Assembly: GCF_000002075.1 (NCBI RefSeq) | Contig: NW_004797298.1 | Span: 1,617,255 to 1,681,254, forward strand | DNA: 64,000 bases | DNA from: Aplysia californica | Lineage: Eukaryota | Direction: 5' to 3' | Shown: one piece after another, positions 34,490 through 58,256 of the stretch | Layout of the letters: every line of letters begins with the position of its first letter | How positions within the stretch are numbered: the stretch's first letter is position 1 | Translations under genes and position numbers: made by a program | The notes under the pieces: model-generated | What the model saw: the letters and a program-made list of their open reading frames with translations, nothing else | Told to the model about the DNA's origin: nothing | Databases searched by the model: none

Positions 34490-37400
34490 TATATTCCTTG
34501 AATAGAAAGCACATTGACACAATAACGGTTAGGCTATTTGAATTTTGATGCAAGGAAAAAGCAAGATGGAGGAGGAACAGAGGGAAGAAGTGGGATGTAC
34601 CAGTACAGTAGCACCCCCCACTCACCTTTTTAAAAAGTTTAAGTAGAGGTTTTACGGTGCTCGCAACTGCATATAAAGATCATATGAGCGCCAGAAGATT
34701 AGGTGTTACAAAAGAGTAACAAACATAAAAAAGAAGAAGGGGAGATAAGGACAATAGGAAAGAAGAAACAAACCACACCAGAGCACCCGCCAACCACCCA
34801 CCCACTGACCTTTAAAAATTCAGTCATTTACATGTAACCAAAGAGACAAGATAAGCCTTTCTTCAGTCATTATACTTTATTTACAAGATATGATAGCCTG
34901 GTAGCCAAATTATCATTACAGAGTAATCCAACTCAATTACAAAATGCCAATGGAAAATATTATATTTGTCAACAAATGCGAAACACAGGCAATGCACTGG
35001 ACAACAGGGTGAGAGAAAAAGGACGCTGTGAGGATCAGCATGTACTTTTTCATCTAGACTAAACAAGGAAATCCTATACGGAATAACTTACGAACAACAC
35101 AGGAAAAATAGAGGATGGAATCATGCTTATGCTGACATGGTATCATGGAAACCATCCTAAATTTCCCAGTCAGGATTTGCTTATACGACACATAACAAGT
35201 AGCATGGGAATTCTGTGCAACAAAAAACACTAGGGAAATCATACCACATGTACAGAAATTAAAAAGAAAAAAACTGACCAAAAAATACCACAAACGACCC
35301 CCCCCCTCCCCCCGAAAAAAAGAAGAAAAAAACAAACATGCAAATACAACAACAGAAAGACAACTACAAAGAACAGGGAAACCGCTGTGTCCAAATAAAG
35401 TGGACAATGAAATGCAGCAAATCAGAGGCAAACCTTTCATTTAGAAAAAAATAAACCATGACCCAACCCCATCACAAAACTAATTAGTATCGAGTCCCCT
35501 AAAATTTCTAGAGCTGGTAAAGAGCAAAATCACATCATCTGCAGAAAGTTTCACTTTGATACACAAGGGAACCACCACTTTTCTGATTATGCCAGACTTT
35601 TTGCAATTTCAATACATATTCAAAAGCCTAACTATACCTCTTCAGTCCCACTTCTCATAGAATTAATACCTAAGCAGGCATGGATATATCTGTAAAAAAA
35701 CTGTCATCAAAGGAATTCTCACCTTCTGTGTGCAACAGCAAAGAGCATAACCGTTACACCACACACACAGGTAATACATCTTGTTGAGATGGGCCTTCTG
35801 TGGTCTCTGGACTAATGATGTGAGCGAAACACTATATATACTAAAATTCCCATATTTATATTTATGTTAGAACCCATTTACAAAACAATGTCAAAAATGC
35901 CTAAGCACTAGTAAAATATTTATTCTGAATGATCATGAACAAGTACCTAAAACTACTACTCAAGTCTTATGGACGTTTTCAAAGAGTACTGAACAGCCCC
36001 ATAACACAAAACACATGAGCAAGTTTTTACTGTGTGACTTGTGAAAATCCCGAAACTTAAAACTTCTCAACAAAACACACCATTTACCATTTCTATGACA
36101 GGCAGCCACTGAGAGAACACGACTGACGAATGACAAAAGGAGCATAAAAGAAGCGAGAACAATCAAAATAAAATCCACATTTCAATCCATGTTCTTCCCT
36201 AGATAAAAAAAGAAATTGCCTGAAATCTCAAAATGCGAATAAAACAAATGTAAAATCGTGTGTGCGAGTTCAATTTCAAAATACATCCCTGACACATCAT
36301 CAGTATTCTTTTTCCCACACCACAGAGGTAATGCAAATGTAATCATTACCTCTGGCTGTTTACAAAACCGCAAAAAAGTGAAAGTTAAAGTGATCTAATT
36401 TTTTAAAAACTCCAACATCAATCCCATAATGTAAGGTTTATCTCACACTCACACCTCAATACATCAGGAAACTGCTAATTTAATGCAAACAGACTGGATA
36501 TAAATGACAGAGATTTTGCTGAACAATGCATGTTTATAATCCAAACAATTTATATGAATTAATGGCTGTTTCAAAGATGAGGCTTGCGCTGAAAAGAAGT
36601 TGAAAATTGGAAGAAAAAAAACAACATGGAAAATTATTTTAAATTATGTAAGAAAAATGGTTGATCAAATATGCCTAAGAGAATTCCAAGTCTTACACTT
36701 TCAAATGTTACAAACAAGGTTCAGAAGTGTCAAAATAACCCCACTTATAAGTTCTATCAACAGTCAAAAAATCACATCTTCTATGCTATAACATGTGAGA
36801 CAGGCCTTATTTCACTGGACAGCTATACACTGATGAAACCAGGTCCTTAGAAATCATAAGGTAGGTACCTTAGGGTGAGTAAAATACGTTGCATATTCTT
36901 AAAGGCAAAAATATTTCGAAGGACAAAAGAATAACAGTGTATCATGAAATATAGAAAAACTGTAATTTCCAAGCCTTTCCCATTAATAAAGTAGTTCCAG
37001 ACTAGAGTCATGAATAGGCTCCTTCACTCTGCAATCCATCGATCGAACTGTAGTGCATGACGACATGAAGATCTCGTGAATCTAATAGTTGTAAAAAATC
37101 ACATTCACAAATATGACTGAAAACAAAATAAGGAATAAATTTCGACTAATGGGACAGACAGAGCACCACTAAAGATTAAACGCAACCCCCCACAAAAAGC
37201 TAGGCTTCTATAAAACCAGTTAATCTTATTTTTCGGTGTTAAGACACAACAAACCATATCAGCTAATATAATCACTTTGTTAGCAATTTTCAGGAAAGAT
37301 TTCAAAGCCTAATCCTCAACTTCAAACATGTACACAACCACTGTTAAAGATTGGGAAATCGAACAACCTGAATTCTGAAAAAAAAATCTACCTCAACCAG

Positions 37401-37510
37401 TATCAGTGTAGGCTTTCTGACGAAACTTCTAAGAACCAGCCGCTCTCCCCCCTCTCAAGATACCAATGAAAAATACACACATCATGAAAGTGTCTTCTTC
37501 TGTCACTAAA

Positions 37511-37921
37511 TGTGTCACGACGTGGTGGATTCAGGCGCTCGTCAATTTTTGGGCAGAGTTATTGGTATCATCTTGAAGCTTGTTCATTTGTCTACATTTC
37601 AATGGAAAAAAACTACCCGTTTATCTTGAATAGAACTTGATGTAGTCGCCTGGTTTCAGAAGTAAGATTAGGGAGAAAATGACCGCCAAAGTTTGGGGAC
37701 TTCCATAGCTTGAGAATCTTTTGAAACTGTAAATTTATACCTTTTGTGTCTTTAATCAACGCTTTTCAGTTACTCCCCTACAAAAATGTGTTTTAAAATG
37801 TTTATAAAACATGTAAAGCCAAAAAAAGAAGTCTTTAAAAATTGCCCAACATCCAGAAAAATGCTGCTTTCTTCGATTTAATTATTTTGACGAGCGCCTG
37901 ATTTCACCACGCTGTCTCACA
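37511..37921. mobile_element. MITE family with GTGGTGRA(A/T)TCAGGCGCTCGTCAA TIRs; other copies at about 7712-8564, 32213-32670 and fragments near 3045-3280 and 13440-13690
   Basis: About 35-bp inverted termini and shared internal sequence among copies. Confidence 0.7.
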
Positions 37922-38714
37922 TATGCTTGAAGGCCAATACTCATAAAGCTGTTCTATCAAACAGAAAACTCAAAATCTTTTTTCTCAATATGATAAGCAT
38001 CCTTTAGGAAATTGATCATTGCACAAATCTCATGGAGACAAAATAAGCACAAGGAACACACCCGACAAAACTAAAAAGAAGTGACTTTTTCCCATCCATC
38101 CGATTTTCCCTCCAATATCACACACAGTACAGCATCCAACCTTCCATACCATATTGGGAACATCCATGCATAGCACAAGTACTGACACAACTAATCATAG
38201 AATATCTGTTGTAAAAGATCTCTTCACAGGAAAAAAGTCCAGTCATATGATCATATAACTTTCCTTCCCTATCTACAGAACAACATTATCTGATGCCCTT
38301 GCAAGAGTTTGTCAACATGTCAATCCAGATGTAGAAATCAAAAAACTTTTGAGAAAGTGCAAGCACGAACATGAACTCAGGGAGGGCATTTTGCAGTTGT
38401 CAAACCCCATAAAACATGAATGAGAACTGGAACATACAAATATGTACACAGCAAGACAGCAACAGGCGATCAGCTTTATCACCCATATCGGAATCCATTC
38501 GTTGCTTCTCCTGCTAGGAACAAATTCTGAAATCAAGAAAAAAAAAAGGGCACACATTTAAAATGTTAACAAAAACATAGCAAGATATTTTAAATTTAAC
38601 ATTTGGAAGAGAAAAAAAGCCTAATGATGACTAATAGAGATGGATTTTTTTTCCCATCAAAATCAAAAGCAAGACAAGTGAGCAAGTTTTAAGATGCTGC
38701 CAAGAACTCTAATA

Positions 38715-39466
38715 CTGTGGAATCTTGTTATAACGAGAGGGAGGGGGCCGGTATGAAACGTGCGTTATACCAGGATTCTCGTTATAAGGGATCCAGTTAT
38801 AAATTCAAAGGAAATAATACAGTAGGCCTAATGTATGAGTTCTGTTTATTTCTTTTTGTTCTCTCCCCTGATGATGATTGTTCAACATGACCTCTTGGTC
38901 TTACATGATCAAAAATCAAATCGGGTTTCTATCTCTAGCGCTTGCAATGGTGACTCGCCCACTGTGTTGTTCCCCACGACACCCAGTGGTGCATTGCATC
39001 TGCTAGCACGCGTCACACACATTCGCTCATCTATCACAGCACTGTGACCTCTCCATCCCCGCATCGGAGAAGTGAGAGGCATGGTAGTGGTAGGCCTAGA
39101 TAATGTAGACTAGGCTGACCTATCACGCGATGCGTTCTGCTCGTCTGCGCATACCACGCCCTCCCCACTCATTCGCTCCGGCCTTCATTGTTGGCACATG
39201 TGGGCCCTCCAATTCTTTGTTTCGCTCAAGGAGTTGATGTAAGGTCCCTGGTTTCACTAGATCACCAACAAGTTTCTCAATGGGTGAGGTTTTACCATGT
39301 ATAACTGGCCTATGCGCTGTGCACAGCAGCAGCAATATTCCGCTATAACCGACTCGCGTGTTTGTCTGCTTGCGCTATAGCAGTATTTTATTTACAAAGA
39401 TAAAGAATAGTGTCTTTATAACAGGCTTCTCGTTATTTCAGGACTCGTTACAAGTGGACTCCACTG
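38715..39466. mobile_element. Older pogo-like MITE
   Basis: TA-CTGTGGAATC...TAACGAG / CTCGTTACAAGTGGACTCCACTG-TA degenerate TIRs. Confidence 0.6.
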
Positions 39467-40234
39467 TAATTGTCCAAAAAGTGACCAGCCGTGAGACATA
39501 GAGTTGATAACTATACAAGTCCCCTTTTATGCAGCCCTTCGACAAAGCAAGAATGTTGGTACAAACAACTTACTAAGTGCGAGCTGAGAGTATGGCTAGT
39601 GTCAAGGGGCCCATCAGCCCCAGCCTGGAGACTCCGGCGGGATCGTCACGTATGCCAATGCTTGACCAGCTCTGTGGATGGGAGAGGGGAAAAATATAGT
39701 AAACTGAGTTTTAAAAAAGCATGCTGACCTGATAAATAGCGATTTAGTGCAGGGAAAAAAATCAGACAGGAGCAATAGAGGGAAAGTAAAAAAGTTCATT
39801 CTCGCGCCTGATTCTTTCTTGTAACTCAGTTCAGGTCGTACTCTGTACATGACAGTGAAGCCCTCAGAAGAGGCCAGAACAAGGGCGGGTGTTATCAACA
39901 TCCATCGAGAACAAGCTAGCCAGGAAAAATCATGTTCTGTCAACACCTTTGCTACATGGACACAGGACAATGCCACTGCCAATCCCAAGTGACGTAAAAA
40001 AAAAAATTTACTTGTTTTACACCCTCACCTACACAATCTAAATCATTCAGAAGGTGGTGGGCTGCTTCCACCCTGCCTGCCAGGACCAACCGAGGGTGAA
40101 AGGGATAAACATCTCAGCAGAAAGGGACATACGGAGGGGAGGGGGTGGACACCTCCAAAAACCACCTGTTTAAGGATTTGACCACACATCTTCCACAGAG
40201 GGCCTTAATGGTGGTTTGCATGACTGTATAAAGA

Positions 40235-40312
40235 GGGTCAGATACTATCTAGCAATTGCAGAGGCATCATTGCTTTATGCACTCACTGCAAATAGGCTAT
40301 ACATCATTCCCC
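40235..40312 (-). ncRNA. Box C/D snoRNA, copy 1
   Basis: Same boxes and guide; terminal stem GGG/CCC; candidate acceptor ccttaaacag about 70 nt downstream. Confidence 0.85.
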
Positions 40313-40586
40313 AATACATTATTACCTGTTATAAGTGAGTCATTTTTAGAATAAGTATTGTGATGCACTTCAAAAATTATAACTTAAAAACATACATTAA
40401 TTTAATGCTTTAAAATCTAAAGAAAAAATTAAGTCCCCAGTGGAATATCACAAAAACACCTGCCTCAGACCCATGGCTCTGTTTGCACAAAATGTTAACT
40501 CTGAGCACGTAACTGTTTACTTCCTACGAACTTGATATCACAATCTCTTGACACATACCCTCTGGAAATAAAGTATTAATGTATAG

Positions 40587-40665
40587 GAGGTCAGATACTA
40601 TCTAGCAATTGCAGAGACATCACTGTTACGTGGACTCACTGCAAAGGAGTGATACATCATTCCTC
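40587..40665 (-). ncRNA. Box C/D snoRNA, copy 2
   Basis: Same boxes and guide; compensatory terminal stem GAGG/CCUC. Confidence 0.85.
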
Positions 40666-41012
40666 AAAACCACAAACCACCACATGAGTAACAAAAAAAC
40701 CCCAAAAAAGTTTTTTTTAAATCATTTTTTAATAAAAATGGAGGCATTAGCCACCCCCCCCCCCCAAGATATGTGGGCACTAGTAACATTTTTCTGTCAG
40801 TGTCAGTTACATTTTGATAACTTGGACCCTCCTCTAAAGAACCCATTCACTTTTACTTTGTTCAAACAACACCGTCGGTTCAGAGCCACTTAGCATATTG
40901 TACCTTTCCGTGGTTCGATCAACTACTTTGGTTCCACAAGCAAAACCCTTAACTGGCAAAAGTGTAAATCAAAACACAAATACAACCAATAATCTTGTAA
41001 ATATGTATTAAA

Positions 41013-41091
41013 GAGGTCAGATACTATCTAGCAATTGCAGAGGCATCACAGTCTGGTACACTCACTGCAAAATTGATATACATCATTCCCC
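41013..41091 (-). ncRNA. Box C/D snoRNA, copy 3
   Basis: Same boxes and guide; terminal stem GGGG/CCUC with a G-U pair; candidate 3' splice site cacttttgccag about 60 nt downstream. Confidence 0.85.
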
Positions 41092-41269
41092 ATTATAATA
41101 ATAATACATACATCACCTAATGGCTCAGACAATGATTAATAACAGCCATGACAACCCATGACACATTTATTTTACACTCAAACATAAATATTAATGTTTG
41201 TTAGGAAACATTCTACATCTTCAACAATACTAGCACTGTCCTTCACAACACAGCCAAACTTCTGTCTCA

Positions 41270-41470
41270 AAACAATCGGTAGTTATCATTTAACAAATAA
41301 TGTGAGATACCCTGAGATAACATCGAGTTGAACTTAGATATCCCGAGATATCCCCCCCTGAGATAACACCGAATGTAGTTATCATTTAACAAATAATGTG
41401 AGATACCGTGGGATATCTTGAGATAATCTGAGATATCCTGAGATAACACCGAAACGAACTTGAGATCAAA
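41270..41470. repeat. Short tandem/GAGATA-rich repeat between snoRNA copies 3 and 4
   Basis: GTAGTTATCATTTAACAAATAATGTGAGATACC twice; multiple CTGAGATA. Confidence 0.6.
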
Positions 41471-42031
41471 AGTTGCATTTTCTTGGAAATCCGAAACAAT
41501 GGCGGAATCTGTTTTCTTGGAAATTAAATGCAAAACGTGTTTTCTTGGAAATCCGAGATTAATTAATCTATATTTAATTTGTTTATGCCCGCTAGTTAGT
41601 ATCATTTCAACTGTATATCCAGAGCGGAACGACTCTGCACATCCAGTTACAGTAATTTGACCAAAAGCACATCTAGGTATGGTATTAAGATAACTTGGAC
41701 TAGAAATATTATGTATTGTAGTTGATTGGAATGTCGTTTATTTTGACCTTGGTTTTAACCATGTAATCATTGAGACTTTCTACAATGCATAAGATATTAT
41801 GTACATGTAATCTATGTTACACCATTCATTGACTGTTACATTATGTATGTTATGAATGTACAAACCATTTGATTTCATTGACTTATTTGTTGACATTCTT
41901 TTACCTGTACCTTCCTTTAACAAAACATATCACCATTTGTTTCTATACTTCACAATCTTAAATCACACTCGCTGTGCTCAGTGTCGGTTAGACGTGACGA
42001 TCATGTACACTCACATATTATATTGACAGAA

Positions 42032-42107
42032 GGGGTCAGATACTATCTAGCAATTGCAGAGGCATCATTGTTAGGACTCACTGCAAAGGTGTGGTACATC
42101 ATTCCCC
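42032..42107 (-). ncRNA. Box C/D snoRNA, copy 4
   Basis: C box ATGATGT, D box CTGA, guide GCTAGATAGTA, terminal stem GGGG/CCCC. Confidence 0.85.
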
Positions 42108-42189
42108 AAAACCAAAATAATAATAATAATATAACCAGAAGAACAGAGGCATAAGCCACAAAAAAGCAAGGGTAGTTTACTATTCTATC

Positions 42190-42920
42190 TTCATATATAA
42201 GGCTGTAGACACTAGTTCAACTTTTTTGTTAGTTGTTGTTTGATGTGATGCAAGCATCAGCGTCACTGGGTCTGAAGATTTTGTGCTTTTGTCTCTGAGA
42301 GATGTTGTAATGATTGGCTTTTTTAAAGAAAGGTGGGGAGGGATGTTTTGGTTGACTCTTTTGGTTTCTTTTCTGTTTTGTGGTAGATGGTGACTCTCCA
42401 TTAGTTCTGTGATGTGATGAATGATTGACTTTTGTTGAATTTGTTTCTTTGGTTTCCATGTTTCTACTAATTTCCTGTTTGGGTGGTTGGGGCACATTCT
42501 ATTAGTTCTTTCATGTAGTTCCAAACTGCTTTATCCTTGCGGATTCCCGGGGGTTCAACATTTGAAAGGATTTCGCACGCGGCGGTAGGTGTGGATCTCA
42601 TGCCACCATTTATAAAACTAAGGGCATTGTTTTGGACCTTGTCAAGGGTGTTGCAAGTAGTTGTACTGCACATAGTGAGTAGGCTATTGCTGTATTCCAG
42701 GGAAGATCGGACATAACCAAGGTATAGAGCTCTCAGAGTTTGTTTGGCTGATCCCCATAAACTGCTTGCGAGTTTCTTTCAAAGTTGTTTGCCTTGTTCA
42801 TTATGTTCTCCACTTGGCTTTTCATGGTAGACTATGATCAAGTTTGACTCCTAGGTAAGTTGGATGTTCTGCTTTGGGAAGACTTTCATTTCCTATCTTT
42901 AGTTTGAGAGTTGGTGGCAT
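42190..42920 (-). mobile_element. Degenerate non-LTR retrotransposon fragment (RT C-terminal region, I/Jockey-group-like)
   Basis: Frameshifted YLGVKLD...TLRALYLGYVRSSLEYS...LDKVQNNALSFINGGMRSTP peptides. Confidence 0.7.
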
Positions 42921-43034
42921 TATTGCTGTCACACATTATCCCTATACTATCCCTCCAACCTCTAAAAAGATCCACTCACACTCTCACTATTTAGAGCACT
43001 AGATCAAAGATTTCTGTCACAATAACTCTTACAG

Positions 43035-43143
43035 AATACATAATATCACAACTGAAAGAGCTGCGGAGTTGGTCTACCATAGAAAACAGCATCTCCCCTC
43101 GACGCTTAACGGCAACAGAGGATGAAAAGTAAAGTAAGTAAGT
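43035..43143 (+). mobile_element. 5'-truncated LINE tail insertion related to 25310-25650
   Basis: 14-bp TSD AATAACTCTTACAG (43021, 43144); shared TCCCCTCGACGC motif and (TAAG)n tail. Confidence 0.7.
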
Positions 43144-43359
43144 AATAACTCTTACAGCACGGTATACAACCCTGGGTCAAAGATTTCTCTGTCAAATAAC
43201 ATTGTGTTTACATCAAACGTTAAAACTAGACAAACTTTTTGCTCTTTTCTCTCCCTGCCCCTGCTATCCAACAGCACCCAAGTGGTAAGAGCCATGTCAT
43301 TACGAGAAGTAATAAATGGGTCAAAATATACATTTATGGTGTCTAATCTACATATGTTA

Positions 43360-43440
43360 AGGGGTCAGATACTATCTAGCAAATGCAGAGGCATCATCGC
43401 TGTGTGCACTCACTGCAAAGTTGGTATACATCATTCCCCT
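43360..43440 (-). ncRNA. Box C/D snoRNA, copy 5 (28S guide, snR65-like target)
   Basis: AGGGG-A-ATGATGT...GTGA...ATGATGC...TTTGCTAGATAGTAT-CTGA-CCCCT; terminal stem AGGGG/CCCCT. Confidence 0.85.
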
Positions 43441-43764
43441 ACACCATACTGTATGATTCTACACATGACCAGATGGCTGAACCAAGTCCAGATAACAGAA
43501 CTTCAAGTCAAAAGTCAAGCTTCAGATTACATGAGACATTTTTGTGGGTTCTGACGAGGTTTTAAATAGGAGCAAATCTTTTTCAAATGGGAGTGTGGTT
43601 GTAATCCGTTTTCTAACATCCTTGCAATACTACTTAATAGCATGTCACTTAATTAATATACCCCTCCCCCTCTCCATCCCAAGAAAAAAAAAAAAAATAA
43701 TCAGAATATTGTTTAAAAACCAAAACAAATACTCAACACCAGTTCACATAATGTGACTACTTAC

Positions 43765-43833
43765 TGAGTTCCTGGAATCTGATACGCTGACTGCCCTCTT
43801 GAATCAAAGACCAACAAGCCATCATCTGATAAG
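43765..43833 (-). other. Candidate YY1 downstream micro-exon (69 nt); open in phase 2 as (C)LSDDGLLVFDSRGQSAYQIPGT
   Basis: ctttttgccctttttctag acceptor and CA/gtaagt donor; length divisible by 3. Confidence 0.6.
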
Positions 43834-44656
43834 CTAGAAAAAGGGCAAAAAGAGACTTTTCAGCAAACATAGAAAATGGTGCAGAGCAGAGTGGGTGAGA
43901 AAAAAAAATGCAGTTGACAGACAAAGCTAACATGGGGTTCTTCTAACCATCTCATTAGTACCTAGATTTTGTTTTAAAAGAATCCCCTGATGTCCTTTGT
44001 TAATATTATTAGTGAACACAATGGGGGGGGGGGGGGGGGGGGGGGNNNNNNNNNNNNNNNNNNNNNNNNNNNNNNNNNNNNNNNNNNNNNNNNNNNNNNN
44101 NNNNNNNNNNNNNNNNNNNNNNNNNNNNNNNNNNNNNNNNNNNNNGGGGGGTTTGAAGGGAAAATGGTATCCCAACTCTTATCGAACTGATACTTCTCTT
44201 TTTCTTTTCTTCTTGTTTATACCATTACCGGCCGCACCTGAGACAAATGTTACAGAGAACTTATTTTCAAAACATAAGCCATAAACAACAACCTCAGCTC
44301 TCTTATTTTCTTTAAAAAGAATTGGTTCTAACAATGAATGTCTTTTAAAACTTTTTTTTTTTTAAAATCAAATCTCCTCACCTCATAGTACACTGCTGGC
44401 AAAAGGTATGAATTTGACACGATAAACAAGACAGGGAGAAGAGAACTTTCCATTGGGCAGACTTTATGTCCCATAGTGCTCTACATACACACAAACAATA
44501 AAATCAGTTCAGGAAATTTGAAAATGAAAATGACAGCCAGCAAATAAATAATCTTTGACTTGGTCATTTTGGTGGGTGGGGGGTGACATATTTGCTCTGC
44601 TTACAGCAGAAAGAGAAACAAAAACAACATCAATATTGGGAGAAACAACGACTTAC

Positions 44657-44722
44657 CACTGATCACCATCCACAGAGCCTTGGTCAGAGAACACCAACAT
44701 TGTTTTGGATGATCTGTCTACC
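44657..44722 (-). other. Candidate YY1 downstream micro-exon (66 nt); open in phase 2 as (K)VDRSSKTMLVFSDQGSVDGDQ
   Basis: gtgttctgtctccag acceptor and TG/gtaagt donor; length divisible by 3. Confidence 0.6.
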
Positions 44723-46124
44723 CTGGAGACAGAACACAGTGTTGCATTATTTGTTTTTATTGGGGGGGGGGGCACGCAAGTGTTTTATGGCACTCACAAC
44801 TGCCTAAGCTCATTCTATGAGCAAGCAGGACACATTAAACATTTAGTTTCATCTGAATTTTTTTTGTTGCCCTGGTGGCCTCTGAAGCCTACTATTTTAT
44901 AAATTTTAAGACCACCAATGGACCTTCAACATGCGCAAGTTGCACATGGGACCTGCGAGATTTTTCACCCTTATCCGAGAAGGCTAGGTGTTAGATCTTA
45001 CCTACCATAAGATCAGGGGTGTGGCTGAAAGACAGCAGTAAGAAGGTGCCAAAGAGTAGCAGTAGAAAGAGTCAGGAGCCCAGAGGAGAGGGCAAAGGGG
45101 AGGGGGGCAAGAAAGTGGAGGCGAAAGCAGAAAACAAAACACGGTTAGAGAGCAGGAAAGGAGGTGAAAGGAGAAATTTTAGAGAAGAAAATGTTCAGTC
45201 GCTGCCCCGTTTCAAACCCCAGGACCTATTAAATGAGAGGTGAACACCATAATCTCTAGACCACAAGAGCCCCCCGTCGCCCCAGGTCTACACAGTGAGA
45301 CACATGTACGTGTAAGCTGCAAGCACTTTTCACCCACAATAACTACTTCATAAATCCATGAGTAATCAAGTATTGATCAATAATAAAAAATATCATACTC
45401 TAATACAAAGAAGTGGGATTTGGTGGTCGTCCTGTAGAAACGTGAATCGTCACAGTCATTACAGCATAGCCTCACTTTTATTCTTTTTTTTCTTCAGGTT
45501 TCCAGCTATTGATATGGTAAAAACATTAACTACTTGTTTCATATGCAGCAGGGTTCTGTTTCATGTAAAAATAATCTAATCATTGAGACTTTCACCTTTC
45601 TCCCAAAAAAAATATAAATAAAATTTAGGAAATAAATAAAAAACATGATCACGCAATTGTGTTGTGATCTTACAATATAGACAAGAGATACATATGATGA
45701 CCGAGCAAAAAAGCCACCTTTCGTATATTAAGTTGTTAAATTTTGCATACTATATCCAGCACTCTATGAGATCAGCCAGTCTGAAGTCAGATGTGAGTGC
45801 CATTATGCCAAATAAGATGGAATCCCACCCAAAGACAATAGTTTAGGGGACTATCACAAACAATGCCATTATAAACATGTTACACTCTGGTGCCCCTGCC
45901 CGTTTAAGCACATACATGCGTTTTAATATAACAAAGCTTGTTACTTGTGTAGACTCTGGCAGCATACTGTAACTAGCAATATACAGAGGATTTCTATTTA
46001 TTTTATTTTTTATAAAGCAAGAAGAAGCGTACGGTCAAGGGGTGGGCAGTGTAAGGTACAAGAACAGGACAGCAGTATAATGAGAATGGACTATTTGATG
46101 CAAAGAAACTATATCAATCCCTAC

Positions 46125-58256
<12,132 letters not shown>

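Noticed and set aside
40235-43440. Repeat-spacer pattern suggestive of a CRISPR array or a SINE family
   Set aside because: Eukaryotic context, spacers of 0.3-1.3 kb and no cas genes; no TSDs, tails or Pol III boxes; conservation is confined to the C/D boxes, guide and stems
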